From Macrostomum lignano (Eukaryota), in NCBI GenBank assembly GCA_002269645.1, contig NIVC01003723.1, forward strand, positions 1 to 64,000: a stretch of 64,000 nt of DNA. The letters are read 5' to 3'. The notes under the pieces were generated by a model. The model was not told the origin of the DNA. It did not search any database and saw only the letters and a program-made list of their open reading frames with translations. The position numbers and the translations under genes were made by a program. Below, one piece after another: positions 1 through 12,500 of this stretch (within the stretch, counting starts at the first letter, position 1; every line of letters begins with the position of its first letter).

Positions 1-128
1 AGGTTCGTTGAAATCTGTATAAATTCGCAACTCTTTACAGACCCACACAAAGCATCAAAGTTGTTCTTTTATCGAGGTCAAAAGGCAGAGGCTTTTATGC
101 TACATCATTACAGGAACTAAGAATTGCA

Positions 129-2089
129 ATGGTGCATCTGCGAAGGTAAGATTTTGCGGAGTAGCCTGGATTTTTTATTGGTGGCAGAGACGCATCTTTG
201 AGGCGCCAAACCTGCTGTGTAGGGAGCGCCAAACTTGCTGTGTAGGGGGGCGCCAAACTTGCTGTGTAGGGAGCGCCAAACTTGCTGTGTAGGGAGTATC
301 AAACCTGCTGTGTAGGGAGCGCCAAACTTGCTGTGTAGGGGGGCGCCAAACTTGCTGTGTAGGGGGGCGCCAAACTTGCTGTGTAGAGAGCGCCAAACTT
401 GCTGTGTAGGGAGCGCCAAACCTGCTGTGTAGGGGGCGCCAAACTTGCTGTGTGGGGGGGAGCGCCAAACTTGCTGTGTGGGGGGGGAGCGCCAAATCTG
501 CTGTGTAGGGAGCGCCAAACCTGCTGTGTAGGGGGCGCCAAACTTGCTGTGTGGGGGGGGAGCGCCAAACTTGCTGTGTGGAGGAGAGCGCCAAACCTGC
601 TGTGTGGGGAGCGCCAAACTTGCTGTGTGGGGGGGGAGCGCCAAACTTGCTGTGTGGGGAGCGCCAAACCTGCTGTGTGGGGAGCGCCAAATCTGCTGTG
701 TAGGGAGCGCCAAACTTGCTGTGTGGGGGGGAGCGCCAAACCTGCTGTGTAGCCAAACTTGCTGTGTAGGGGGGCGCCAAACACTTTATTATCATAACAT
801 ATTATGAAACATTTTGCAGGACTCTACTCGATATTAAAAAGCCGACTGTGCTGTTATTACTGAGCACGGTTTTGGTTGCTAACTTGAGCAGCTGTCAAGC
901 CATGGAGATTTCTTCTAATTCTGGTTTCCCGTCGAGCCGAACAGATTTTCAACGCTGGCTGACTGGTAACCTAGAAGCGGCTGGGGATTCTGTTCGGGGA
1001 TTTTAGTCATTGGAAACTGGGGGATTAGGGCGTTAGTAACTGGGGATTAGGGGATTAGTCACTAGGACTAGTGACTGGGGATTTGGGTATTAGGCACTAA
1101 GATTAGGGGATTAGAGACTGAGATTAGGGGATTAGTCACTAAGATTAGGGGATTGGTGACTGGGGATTAGGGATTAGTCACTAGGATTAAGGGATTAGTG
1201 ACTGGGGATTAGGGATTAATCACTAAGATTAGGGGATTAGTCACTAAGATTAGGGGATTAGTCACTAAGATTAGGGGATTAGTGAACTGGGGATTAGGGG
1301 ATTAGTAACTAAGACTAAGGGATTAGTGAACTGGGGATTAGGGGATTAGTAACTAAGATTAAGGGATTAGTGACTGGGGATTAGGAGATTAGTCACTAAG
1401 ATTAGGAGATTAGTGAACTGGGGATTAGGGGATTAGTAACTAAGATTTGTGACTGGGGATTTTTGGATTAGTCACTAAGATTAGGGGATTAGAGACTGGG
1501 GATTAGGGGATTAGTCACTAAGATTAGGGGATTAGTGACTGAGGATAAGAGGATTAGTCACTAAGATTAGGGGATTAGTCACTAAGATTAAGGGATTTGT
1601 GACTGGGGATTTTTGGATTTGTCACTAAGGTTAGGGGATTAGTGACTGGGGATTAGAGGATTAGTCACTAAGATTAGGGGATTGGTGTCTGTTATTAGAA
1701 GATTGAACAGAGATGGTTATTATAAACGAAGACATCAGTTCCTGTAATTAATTATTGACGATATACTATTAGTACTTATTAATGTACAAACAGCTGAAGC
1801 GCCTGGATCACCGATGCCATGGAAAATGAAGCGACGCCATGAAAAGCTGCACCGCAGGACAGCACCAATGTCCAGCTCGACTTTAACAGCCCCATTGCAA
1901 CCTCGTCTGCGCCTGCGCCTGTCGCATCTGGTGTACTTTCCATGCGCTTACGGAGGCCTGCCCTATCCCGTTGGCTGCGGCAAGTCCGGCCTGGGGCCGC
2001 GGGTGTTCGTGTCTAGGAAGCGGCGTCAGCTGGTGTGCGTGTGCCTGTGCCCCGCCAGCGCCGCTCTGCCTAATTGCAGCGTCGTTTAA
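129..2089 (+). CDS. Small secreted Cys-rich prepropeptide of unknown family (152 aa, 3 exons)
   Basis: Exons 129-145, 820-965 and 1794-2089 join through GT-AG sites in consistent phase (2, 1). Protein: MVHLRRTLLDIKKPTVLLLLSTVLVANLSSCQA (signal-peptide-like) MEISSNSGFPSSRTDFQRWLTAEAPGSPMPWKMKRR...YFPCAYGGLPYPVGCGKSGLGPRVFVSRKRRQLVCVCLCPASAALPNCSVV*. Codons are GC3-rich in the C-terminal half. An in-frame acceptor at 113 means an upstream exon outside the window cannot be excluded. Confidence 0.65.
203..781 (+). repeat. 27-32 bp minisatellite in intron 1 of the secreted-peptide gene
   Basis: Unit GCGCCAAACYTGCTGTGTRGGG(G)nA; source of the spurious ORFs at 117-807. Confidence 0.9.
1010..1690 (+). 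repeat. G-rich 19-20 bp minisatellite with alternating inverted cores (intron 2)
   Basis: GGGGATTAGTCACTAA alternates with GGGGATTAGTGACTGG. Confidence 0.85.
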
Positions 2090-3506
2090 ATTGACAACCA
2101 ATTTGAAATAATTATAGCATTGCAGCGATTATTAAAATTAAAGCGGTAAAATGTACGCACGTACAATGTACATGGCAAATATCTAAATATATATATGGAC
2201 TTTGACCAAAACCGCGAGAATCAGAAGGCCAAACAACTACAGTACGACTATTAAAGTACGACCATTAAAATTTGAAGGACTTTTGATTGGAGCTTTAATC
2301 AAAACATCTTAAATCGTGCTAACTTTGCTATTGCCTGCTATGAGTAGGGTATTAGTGAACTTATATAAAATAATTACAATTAGATTCAAAACTTTGGTAG
2401 TTATTAGTGGCTTTGCCTTCGACTAATTTATAGTAATTCATACGCTTTTTAAAGCAATATAAATGTATCACCCTTCACGATTGGCCCAGGGACATCTTTT
2501 GCGGAGTAAGCGTATAGTTGCATTACATTATAACAAAACACACACGTTTTTCAAACGTACTGGCCGTGTCGTTAAATAAACATTAGTTGAAATGCGAAGT
2601 CCAGTTAGAAAATAAATATGGTTCAGTCTTTACTGCATAGAGTAGAGAGTAGATTTACGACGTTAGTTGCACTGTTGAATAACTACAGTTTTTAATTAAA
2701 CCGAAAGCATTGTTTATTTAGGCACCATTTTCACAAGTAAGTAAATGAGAATTTTCATCAGCAGACTCGCTCGCATAGGAAATGAACTGCTATTTGTATG
2801 ATTAACGAGTCTGTAACTGTCTAACTGTTAAAAATGAAACGCGGGTTAACAGGTGGTGCGAAATACAAATGCAAGTTGGGTAGGGTAGGGAAAATAAACA
2901 CTCGAGCTTCGAGCGCTAAAAAGTGTCACTCATAAGTAGAGATTCTGCATTTTCTGACCTGCTGAATAGACCCAACAACCAGACACAGATAACAAATATT
3001 TGGTTTTCTCAAAATTGTGTGGCGATAAAAACTAATTACTAATGTACTTTTTAATGTGCGCACTTAATCTATTATTGTATTTATTTTATTTGGCCGCCGC
3101 GGCCCAGGCCTCCGGTAAAGGAAGAAACGTTTTGGGGTGGAGAGGGGGCTTCTCGGTATGTACATGCCTCACTGTACATTGAATTGGGAGTGGGGGGAAT
3201 CGGGGTTGGTTGGGTAAAAGAGAGAGGAACGAGGGGGATAGAGTTAGGTAAGACTTTTAGCTCGCAAACCCTAAACTAACCCTTATATATATCAGCACAT
3301 GGACCCATTCCAGACAGATTCTGTCAATGTTTTGCATCAGTCTATCTAACCAGCAAACTTGTTAACTAAATAAATCCTGCTTAAGGTTATATACACTGAA
3401 TATCGTGAAAGCTCTTGCACGTTTTCTATTGCAACCAAGCATCAAACAACGAATTACACTAGCTAATATATTAATTACCAAACGGTGAAACAAGCAGCAA
3501 CAAAGC

Positions 3507-6500
3507 ATGGAAATTTCGACGCACCAAGAGCCTTTTATTTATGTCAATGACAAACGATACGAGAGTAAGTATAACCACACTATGCGATTCTTGGGATTGC
3601 TTTTTTTACCAATAAATCGTTAGTTTTACAATCCACGGTCATGTAGTCACTCGCGATTGCGACCCCGAGATGAGTCTGAACGACTTTCTTCGCGACACGC
3701 TCAACTTGAAGGGCACCAAAGTGATGTGCCGCGAGGCCGGCTGCGGTTGTTGCACAGTGTGCGCCGTTTATAAACATCCAGCTACTGGCGAGATCGAGTC
3801 TAAACCGGTTAATTCGGTGAGCTAAATTTTTTGTGATTGTTGAATGTTGCCTGTGGACTATATTTGTTAGTTAGGATAGGGGAAGTCCTTGAATCTGAAG
3901 ATTGAAGAAACTAGCTGCTTGGCTAGAATCAAGGTTAAAACCTAATAAGGGAGGTTGGACATCCCGAATGATACATCATTCAGCGAAGAAAAGCACCTGG
4001 ACTACTAAAATAGAAGCCCTTGAACTACTGGAATAAAAGTCCCTGGCCTGAACTATGGGAATAGAAGTCCTTGTTGAACTACTGGAATAGAAGTCCTTGA
4101 ACTACTCGAATAGAAGTCCTTGAACTACTGGAATAGAAGTCCTTGTTGAACTACTGGAATAGAAGTCCTTGAACTACTGGAATAGAAGTCCTTGTTGAAC
4201 TACTGGAATAGAAGTCCTTGAACTACTGGAATAGAAGTCCTTGTTGAACTACTGGAATAGAAGTCCTTGAATTACTCGAATAGAAGTCCTTGAACTACTG
4301 GAATAGAAGTCCTTGAACTACTGGAATGGAAGTCCTTGTTGAACTACTGGAATAGAAGTCCCTGAACTAATGGATTAGAAGCCCCTGAACTGCTGGATTA
4401 GAAGCCCCTGAACTACTGGAATAGAAGTCCTTGAACTACTCGAATAGAAGTCCTTGAACTACTGGAATAGAAGTCCTTGAACTACTCGAATAGAAGTCCT
4501 TGAACTACTCGAATAGAAGTCCTTGAACTACTGGAATAGAAGTCCTTGAACTACTCGAATAGAAGTCCTTGAACTACTCGAATAGAAGTCCTTGAACTAC
4601 TCGAATAGAAGTCCTTGAACTACTCGAATAGAAGTCCTTTAACTACTCGAATAGAAGTCCTTGAACTACTCGAATAGAAGTCCTTGAACTACTCGAATAG
4701 AAATCCTTGAACTACTGGATTAGAAGTCCTTTAACTACTCGAATAGAAGTCCTTGAACTACTGGAATAGAAGTCCTTGAACTACTGGAATAGAAGTCCTT
4801 GAACTACTCGAATAGAAGTCCTTGAACTACTCGAATAGAAGTCCTTGAACTACTCGAATAGAAGTCCTTGAACTACTCGAATAGAAGTCCTTTAACTACT
4901 CGAATAGAAGTCCTTGAACTACTCGAATAGAAGTCCTTGAACTACTCGAATAGAAGTCCTTGAACTACTGGAATGGAAGTCCTTGTTGAACTACTGGAAT
5001 AGAAGTCCCTGAACTAATGGATTAGAAGCCCCTGAACTGCTGGATTAGAAGCCCCTGAACTACTGGAATAGAAGTCCTTGAACTACTCGAATAGAAGTCC
5101 TTGAACTACTGGAATAGAAGTCCTTGAACTACTCGAATAGAAGTCCTTGAACTACTCGAATAGAAGTCCTTGAACTACTGGAATAGAAGTCCTTGAACTA
5201 CTCGAATAGAAGTCCTTGAACTACTCGAATAGAAGTCCTTGAACTACTCGAATAGAAGTCCTTGAACTACTCGAATAGAAGTCCTTGAACTACTCGAATA
5301 GAAGTCCTTGAACTACTCGAATAGAAATCCTTGAACTACTGGATTAGAAGTCCTTTAACTACTTGAATAGAAGTCCTTGAACTACTGGAATAGAAGTCCT
5401 TGTTGAACTACTGGAATAGAAGTCCTTGAACTACTGGAATAGAAGTCATTGAACTACTCGAATAGAAATCCTTAAACTACTGGAATAGAAGTCCTTGAAT
5501 TACTCGAATAGAAGTCCTTGAACTACTGGAATAGAAGTCCTTGAATTACTCGAATAGGAGTCCTTGAACTACTGGAATAGAAGTCCTTGTTGAACTACTC
5601 GAATAGAACTTAGAAGTCCTTGAACTACTCGAATAGAAGTCCTTGAACTACCGGATTACCGGAATAGAAATCCCTGAACTACCGGAATAGAAGTCCTTAG
5701 CTATGGTAATGTTAGATTTTCAATATCACATGTGCCTCAGATGTAACATTGACCCCTTACCCCATTACAGTGTGTGACACCCTTGTACTCCGCCGCCGGC
5801 TGGCACATTGTCACCATTGAAGGCATCGGCGGCCGCAGCCAGTCCGCGGGCTACCACCCAATTCAGGCCAGCCTAGCCGACGGATTCGGCAGTCAGTGCG
5901 GCTACTGTTCGCCCGGCTTCGTCATGTCGGCCTACAGCCAGCTGAGAGACAATCCGAAGGCTACTAAATTAGAGGTTGAGCACTTTTTCGACGGCAATAT
6001 TTGCCGCTGCACCGGCTATAGGCCGATATTGGACTCGATGAAGAGCTTCGCTTGCGATGCCGGCAAAGCTGGAGGCTGTTTGGAGGTTGAGGCGAGTACG
6101 ATTATTGGTACTTTGATTGTCTATATGAGATTGTATTGTGGCATTTGGAGGTAATATTCCAATAAGACTTCAAATCCCAGATTCAAGATCCCAACCGGGA
6201 TCTCATCTTAACTCCATGGTCCCAGATCCCAACCTCTTGATCCCAGATCCCAACCTCTTGATCCCAGATCCCAACCTCTTGATCCCAGATCCCGACTTCT
6301 TGATACCAGATCCCAACCTCTTGATCCCAGATCCCAACCTCTTGATCCCAGATCCCAACCTCTTGATCCCAGATCCCAACCTCTTGATACCAGATCCCAC
6401 CCCGTGATCTCCAGATCCCAATCCCTTGATTCCAGATCCCAACCTCTTGATCCCAGATCCCAACCTCTTGATCCCAGATCCCAACCTCTTGATCCCAGAT

Positions 6501-9500
6501 CCCAACCTCTTGATCCCAGATCCCAACCTCTTGATACCAGATCCCACCCCGTGATCCCCAGATCCCAATCCCTTGATCCCAGATCCCGATCCCTTGATCC
6601 CAGATCCCAATCTCTTGATCCCAGATCCCAACCTCTTGATCCCAGATCTTAACTCCTTGATCCCAGTTCCCAGATCCTAGATTAGCAGCGCTAAAAATTC
6701 AACCCTAAAATTTGAGTTCAGATCCCGGATAAATGATTATGAAATTCCTAAAAATTCACTCCCAGCTTTATCTAAATAATTTCGAAAGCATTTATGCTAC
6801 TTAAAGTAGTTAACTTATTTTTAAAACAGAATAATTTTTATTTAATAAGCAATATTGATTGAAATGATAGCTATTGAAAATGCAGGATCTAGAGCGCGGC
6901 TGCTGCCGAAGCCAAGTTGGCAAAGTGCCAACCTCCGGCGTGGCGGCCATCGCTCGCGGTTGGAAAGGCCAGAAGTTCTACAATCCCGGCACACTGAAGG
7001 AGCTGCTGACTCTGCTTGGCAGACTGCGGAATGATAATTATCGATTGGTGTTTGGCAACACGTCTAGCGGCGTGTTTAAAGAGGACGCCATTGCTGATCA
7101 TTACGTGAATATTAGGAATGTTCCCGAACTGTATAAGATTGAGGTGAGCTTCGGTTTGTTGCTATTCATTTTTTAGTATCTTTCTCACAATATTTTTTTC
7201 GTTTTGCTAGTTTTTTTGAAAATTTTCGTATGTTTTTTTCTAAATTTCCTCATTCCCAATCCCAGAAACTCCCCATTTCCATAAATTTCTTCATTCATTC
7301 CCAGAAATTTCCTCTCCCAGAAATTCCCCATTCCCATAAATTTCCCATTTCCATAAATTTCTTCATTCATTCCCACGAATTTCCCATTCCCAGAAATTTC
7401 CTCTCCCAGAAATTCCCCATTTCCAGAAATTTCCTCCCAGAAATTCCCCATTCCCATAAATTTCCTCTCCAAGAAACTCCCCATTCCAATGAATTCCCCA
7501 TTCCCAAAAATTTCCTCTCCCAGAAATTCCCCATTCCCATAAATTTCCTCTCCAAGAAACTCCCCATTCCAATGAATTCCCCATTCCCAAAAATTTCCTC
7601 TCCCAGAAATTCCCCATTCCCAGAATTTCCCTATTCTTAAAAATTCCCCATTTCCAAAACTTTTCCCAATCCCAAAAAATCTCCCATTCCAAAATGCTTC
7701 CCCGTTTTTAAATAATTTCCTCAGTTCCCAAAAAATTATCCATTTCCAAAAAATTCCTCATTGCTAAGAATTTCCCAATTCCCGAAAATTTCCTCAACTC
7801 CAAAAATTCCCATTTTGGGAAACTTTATCATTCAGGAAAACTTATTTCCGAATATTTTCAATCGTACAAGTTATGAATATTATCAAGAAAATTGCTGCCT
7901 TGTTTATTTTCTCCACCAAACCACAGGAGACCGAGGCCAGCCTAGAGATCGGTTCCAATCTCACCCTGCACGACCTGCTAGTGCTATTCGCTCGCGTTGC
8001 CAATGACAACAAACAAGCCGGCAGGGCCTACCTGGGCCAGTTCTCCCGCCACCTGCAGCAGGTGGCCAATCAGGCAGTCCGTAGAAACGGTTGCTGGGCG
8101 GGCAATCTCATGCTCAAGTTGGCCCATCCCGAATTCCCCTCCGACCTGTTCGTGCTGATGGCCGCTTCCGGAGCCATTGTGAAAGTCGCCGACTCAATTG
8201 ACGGTGGAGCGGCTGTTCAAGAGTACACGATGACCGACTTTCTTCGGCAGGACATGCGCGGCCGGTCGTCACCTCGGCGCTCCTGCCGCTCTCTGGCGGC
8301 GTCGGGCAGCGGTTCGGCTCGTTCAAGATTACTCCCAGGGCTCTGGTGGGTTGGCCATTGTTGTTTGATTGCCTTGTTCGCTATGCACTCATTTCTGAAG
8401 ATTCTAAATTCTAAAGATCCCCATTCTAAATTCTAAAGATCCCCATTCTAAATTCTAAAGATCCCCATTCTAAAGATTCCCATTCCAATGATGCCCATTC
8501 TAAAGTCTAAAGATCCCCATTCTAAAGATCCCCATTCTAAAGATTCCCATTCCAATGATGCCCATTCTAAAGATCCCCATTCTAAAGTCTAAAGATCCCC
8601 ATTCTAAAGATCCCCATTCTAAAGATTCCCATTCCAATGATGCCCATTCTAAAGTCTAAAGATCCCCATTCTAAAGATCCCCATTCTAAAGATTCCCATT
8701 CCAATGATGCCCATTCTAAAGATCCCCATTCTAAAGATTCCCATTCCAATGATCCCCATTCTAAAGTCTAAAGATCCCCATTCTAAAGATCCCCATTCTA
8801 AAGATTCCCATTCCAATGATGCCCATTCTAAAGATCCCCATTCTAAAGATTCCCATTCCAATGATCCCCATTCTAAAGATCCCATTCTAAAGATCCCCAT
8901 TCCAATGATCCCCATTCTAAAGATCCCCATTCTAAAGATCCCCATTCCAATGATCCCCATTCTAAAGATCCCCATTCTAAAGATCCCCATTCTAAAGACC
9001 CCCATTCTAAAGATCCTCATTATAAAGATCCCCAATTCAAAGATCTCCATTTTAACGATCCCCATTCCAAAGATCCCCATTTCATAGATCCCCATTTCAA
9101 AGATCCCCATTCCAAAGATCATGATTCTAAAGATCCCCATTTCAAAGATCCCCATTCCTAAGATCCTCATTCTAAAGATCCACACACCAAATATTTAAAA
9201 TCTCAGAACGCCCACGCCTACCTCAACGCCGCGTTCAACGTCTCCGTGGACTCAGCCAACGGCTACACAGTCACTGATCGGCCCAGAATTGTCTACGGCG
9301 GCGTGTGTGACAAGTTTGTAAGCGCAGATTAAAAAAACACTGATTTTCATGGCTTATGACTAGGAATTTATTTAGTAATGTTAATTTTTCTTTCAGAATC
9401 ACGCTGTTAAAACTGAGAACTATTTGCAGAATAAGAGCCTTATTGATCAGGAGACTGTTAACGGTGAGATTGTCATTCAGGTTGTTAAAAAATCATATTT

Positions 9501-12500
9501 TATTTTCACACTCAAAACGTCCCATCATTCACTCTTTCAAATGCTTATCCACGCTCTTACTCACTCACTCACTCGCTCGTTCACTCACTCACTCGCTCAC
9601 ACTCACTCACTCACTCACTCACTCACTCACTCACTCACTTACTCACTCACTCACTCACTCACTCGCTCACTCACTCACTCACTCACTCACTCACTTACTC
9701 ACTCACTCACTCACTCGCTCACTCACTCTACAATCACTCACTCACTCGCTCGCTCACTCACTCACTCACTCATTCACTCACTCACTCACTTACTCACTCA
9801 CTCACTCGCTCACTCACTCACTCACTTACTCACTCACTCACTCGCTCACTCACTCACTCACTCACTCATTCACTCACTCACTCACTTACTCACTCACTCA
9901 CTCGCTCACTCACTCACTCACTTACTCACTCACTCACTCGCTCACTCACTCACTCACTCACTCATTCACTCACTCACTCATTCACTCACTCACTCACTTA
10001 CTCACTCACTCACTTACTCACTCACTCACTCACTCACTCACTCACTCACTCACTCACTCGCTCGCTCACTCACTCACTCACTCATCCGCCCCCACGCCCG
10101 CAGGCGCCATCAAGGTGCTGGAATCGGAGCTGAACCCGGCCGAAGAGGCCACCTGGTCCAGTCCGCAGCACCGCCGCTCGCTAGCCAGCAACCTGCTGTA
10201 CAAGTTCATCCTCGGCGTCGCCTCCGCCGCCCTGCCAGCCGCGGACAGCAGCGGAGCTCAAGTTTTCGTGCGTCGAGTCCAGTCAGCTGAGCAGGACTTC
10301 GAGCAGGAGCCGAGCGAGTTGCCGTCGGCGCCGCTAGGGCGAGCCTGCCCCAAGCCCGAGGCCCGAGGACAGACTGCTGGAGAGGCTCAGTACGTCAACG
10401 ATGCTCCTAGTAGGAGCAATGAGCTGTTTGGCGCGTTCGTACTCGCCCAGGAGGCTCCGGCTAAGCTGAAGGGATTCGGCACCGAGGAGGCTGAGGTGAG
10501 CGGCGTTGCGGTAGGGGTGGTAGCATGTGAAATTTGACACTTGATAGATGTCTTGAAATCCTGAGAATCCCAAAAATTGTTGATATATGAGTACGCTATG
10601 CCACAAAAAACCTCAAAATAAAGGATAAAAGATCAAAGGGTAGCATCCTGCAGTGAAAGTGGAACCTTGGGTAGATGTCTCTATTGGAGGGATAGTGGGC
10701 ACTGAACACCCTGGGGTAGAGGTCTCTAGAGGAGGGATAGCGGGCACTAACCAGCCCTGGGGTAGAGGTCTCTAGATGAGGGATAGCGGGCACTGAACAC
10801 CCTGGGGTAGAGGTCTCTAGATGAGGGATAGCGGGCACTGAACACCCTGGGGTAGAGGTCTCTAGATGAGGGATAGCGGGCACTGAACACCCTGGGGTAG
10901 AGGTCTCTAGATGAGGGATAGCGGGCACTGAACACCCTGGGGTAGAGGTCTCTAGATGAGGGATAGCGGGCACTGAACACCCTGGGGTAGAGGTCTCTAG
11001 ATGAGGGATAGCGGGCACTGAACACCCTAGGGTAGAGGTCTCTAGATGAGGGATAGCGGGCACTGAACACCCTGGGGTAGAGGTCTCTAGATGAGGGATA
11101 GCGGGCACTGAACACCCTGGGTAGAGGTCTCTAGATGAGGGATAGCGGGCACTGAACACCCTAGGGTAGAGGTCTCTAGATGAGGGATAGCGGGCACTGA
11201 ACACCCTGGGTAGAGTTCTCTATTGGAGGGATAGCGGGCACTGAACACCCTGGGGTAGAGTTCTCTATTGGAGGGATAGCGGGCACTGAACACCCTGGGT
11301 AGAGGTCTCTAGAGTGGGATAACGGGCACTGGGTTAGAGGTCTCTAAGAGTGGGATAACGGGCGCAGAGTCACAGACGAGTTTGGGTTAACGGCCGCACC
11401 GTAATGCTCTGACTCAAATGATCAACTTTCAGCAAGTGCCAGGCTACGACCGATTGATCACGGCTAAGGATCTGGAAGGTCGTTACGACAATAATTACGT
11501 TTCGGCTCTGATTCCGCCCCAGTTTGCGTGAGTCGTAATATAGGCACGCACTAAAATGCCTAAAAGTACATTCTTAATCTGTCATCATTAAGAGTCTCTC
11601 AGTAATCATTGTGAGAGTCTCTCCATCGTCATCATTATGAGAGTCTCTCCTTCATCGTTGTGAGAGTCTCCATCATCATTGCGAGAGTCTCTCCTTCATC
11701 ATCTTCAGTCTCCTGCATCATCGTGAGAGTCTCCTGCATCATAGTCTTAAGTCTCCTGCACCATTGTGAGTCTCTCCTTCATCGTTGTGAGAGTCTCTCC
11801 ATCATCATTGTGAGTGTTCTTCATAATTGTGAGAGTCTCCTGCATCATCGTGAAAGTCTCCTGCATCATTGTGAGAGTCTCCTGCATCATCGTGAAAGTC
11901 TCCTGCATCATCGTGAGAGTCTCCTGCATCATTGTGAGAGAGTCTCCTGCATCATTTTGAGAGTCTCCTGCATCATCGTGAGAGTCTCCTGCATCATTTT
12001 GAGAGTCTCCTGAATCATTTTGAGAGTCTCCTGCATCATTTTGAGAGTCTCCTGCATCATCGTGAGAGTCTCCTGCATCATCGTGAAAGTCTCCTGCATC
12101 ATTGTGAGAGTCTCCTGCATCATTGTGAGAGAGTCTCCTGCATCATTGTGAGAGTCTCCTGCATCATCGTGAGAGTCTCCTGCATCATTGTGAGAGTCTC
12201 CTGCATCATTGTGAGAGTCTCACTGCATCATTGTGAGAGTCTCCTGCATCATTGTGAGAGAGTCTCCTGCATCATCGTGAGAGTCTCCTGCATCATTGTG
12301 AGAGTCTCCTGCATCATTTTGAGAGTCTCCTGCATCATTGTGAGAGAGTCCCTGCATCATTGTGAGAGAGTCCCTGCATCATTGTGAGAGAGTCTCCTGC
12401 ATCATTGTGAGAGTCTCCTGCATCATTGTGAGAGTCTCCTGCATCATTGTGAGAGTCTCCTGCATCATCGTGAGAGTCTCCTGCATCATTGTGAGAGTCT

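Noticed and set aside
1890-2115. Alternative Cys-rich reading frame (CNLVCACACRIWC...) in exon 3 of the first gene
   Set aside because: No splice phase or start supports it; the Cys richness follows from TGC/TGT arising out of frame in GC3-rich codons.
9356-10537. 393-aa ORF with a long (THSL)n tract
   Set aside because: It is the (CACT)n intron read in frame with AOX exon 8; canonical splice sites at 9464 and 10103 remove it.
10680-11340. CRISPR-like regular arrays (45-bp, 74-bp and 162-bp units)
   Set aside because: Units are contiguous with no unique spacers, there are no cas genes, and the context is a eukaryotic intron or TE.
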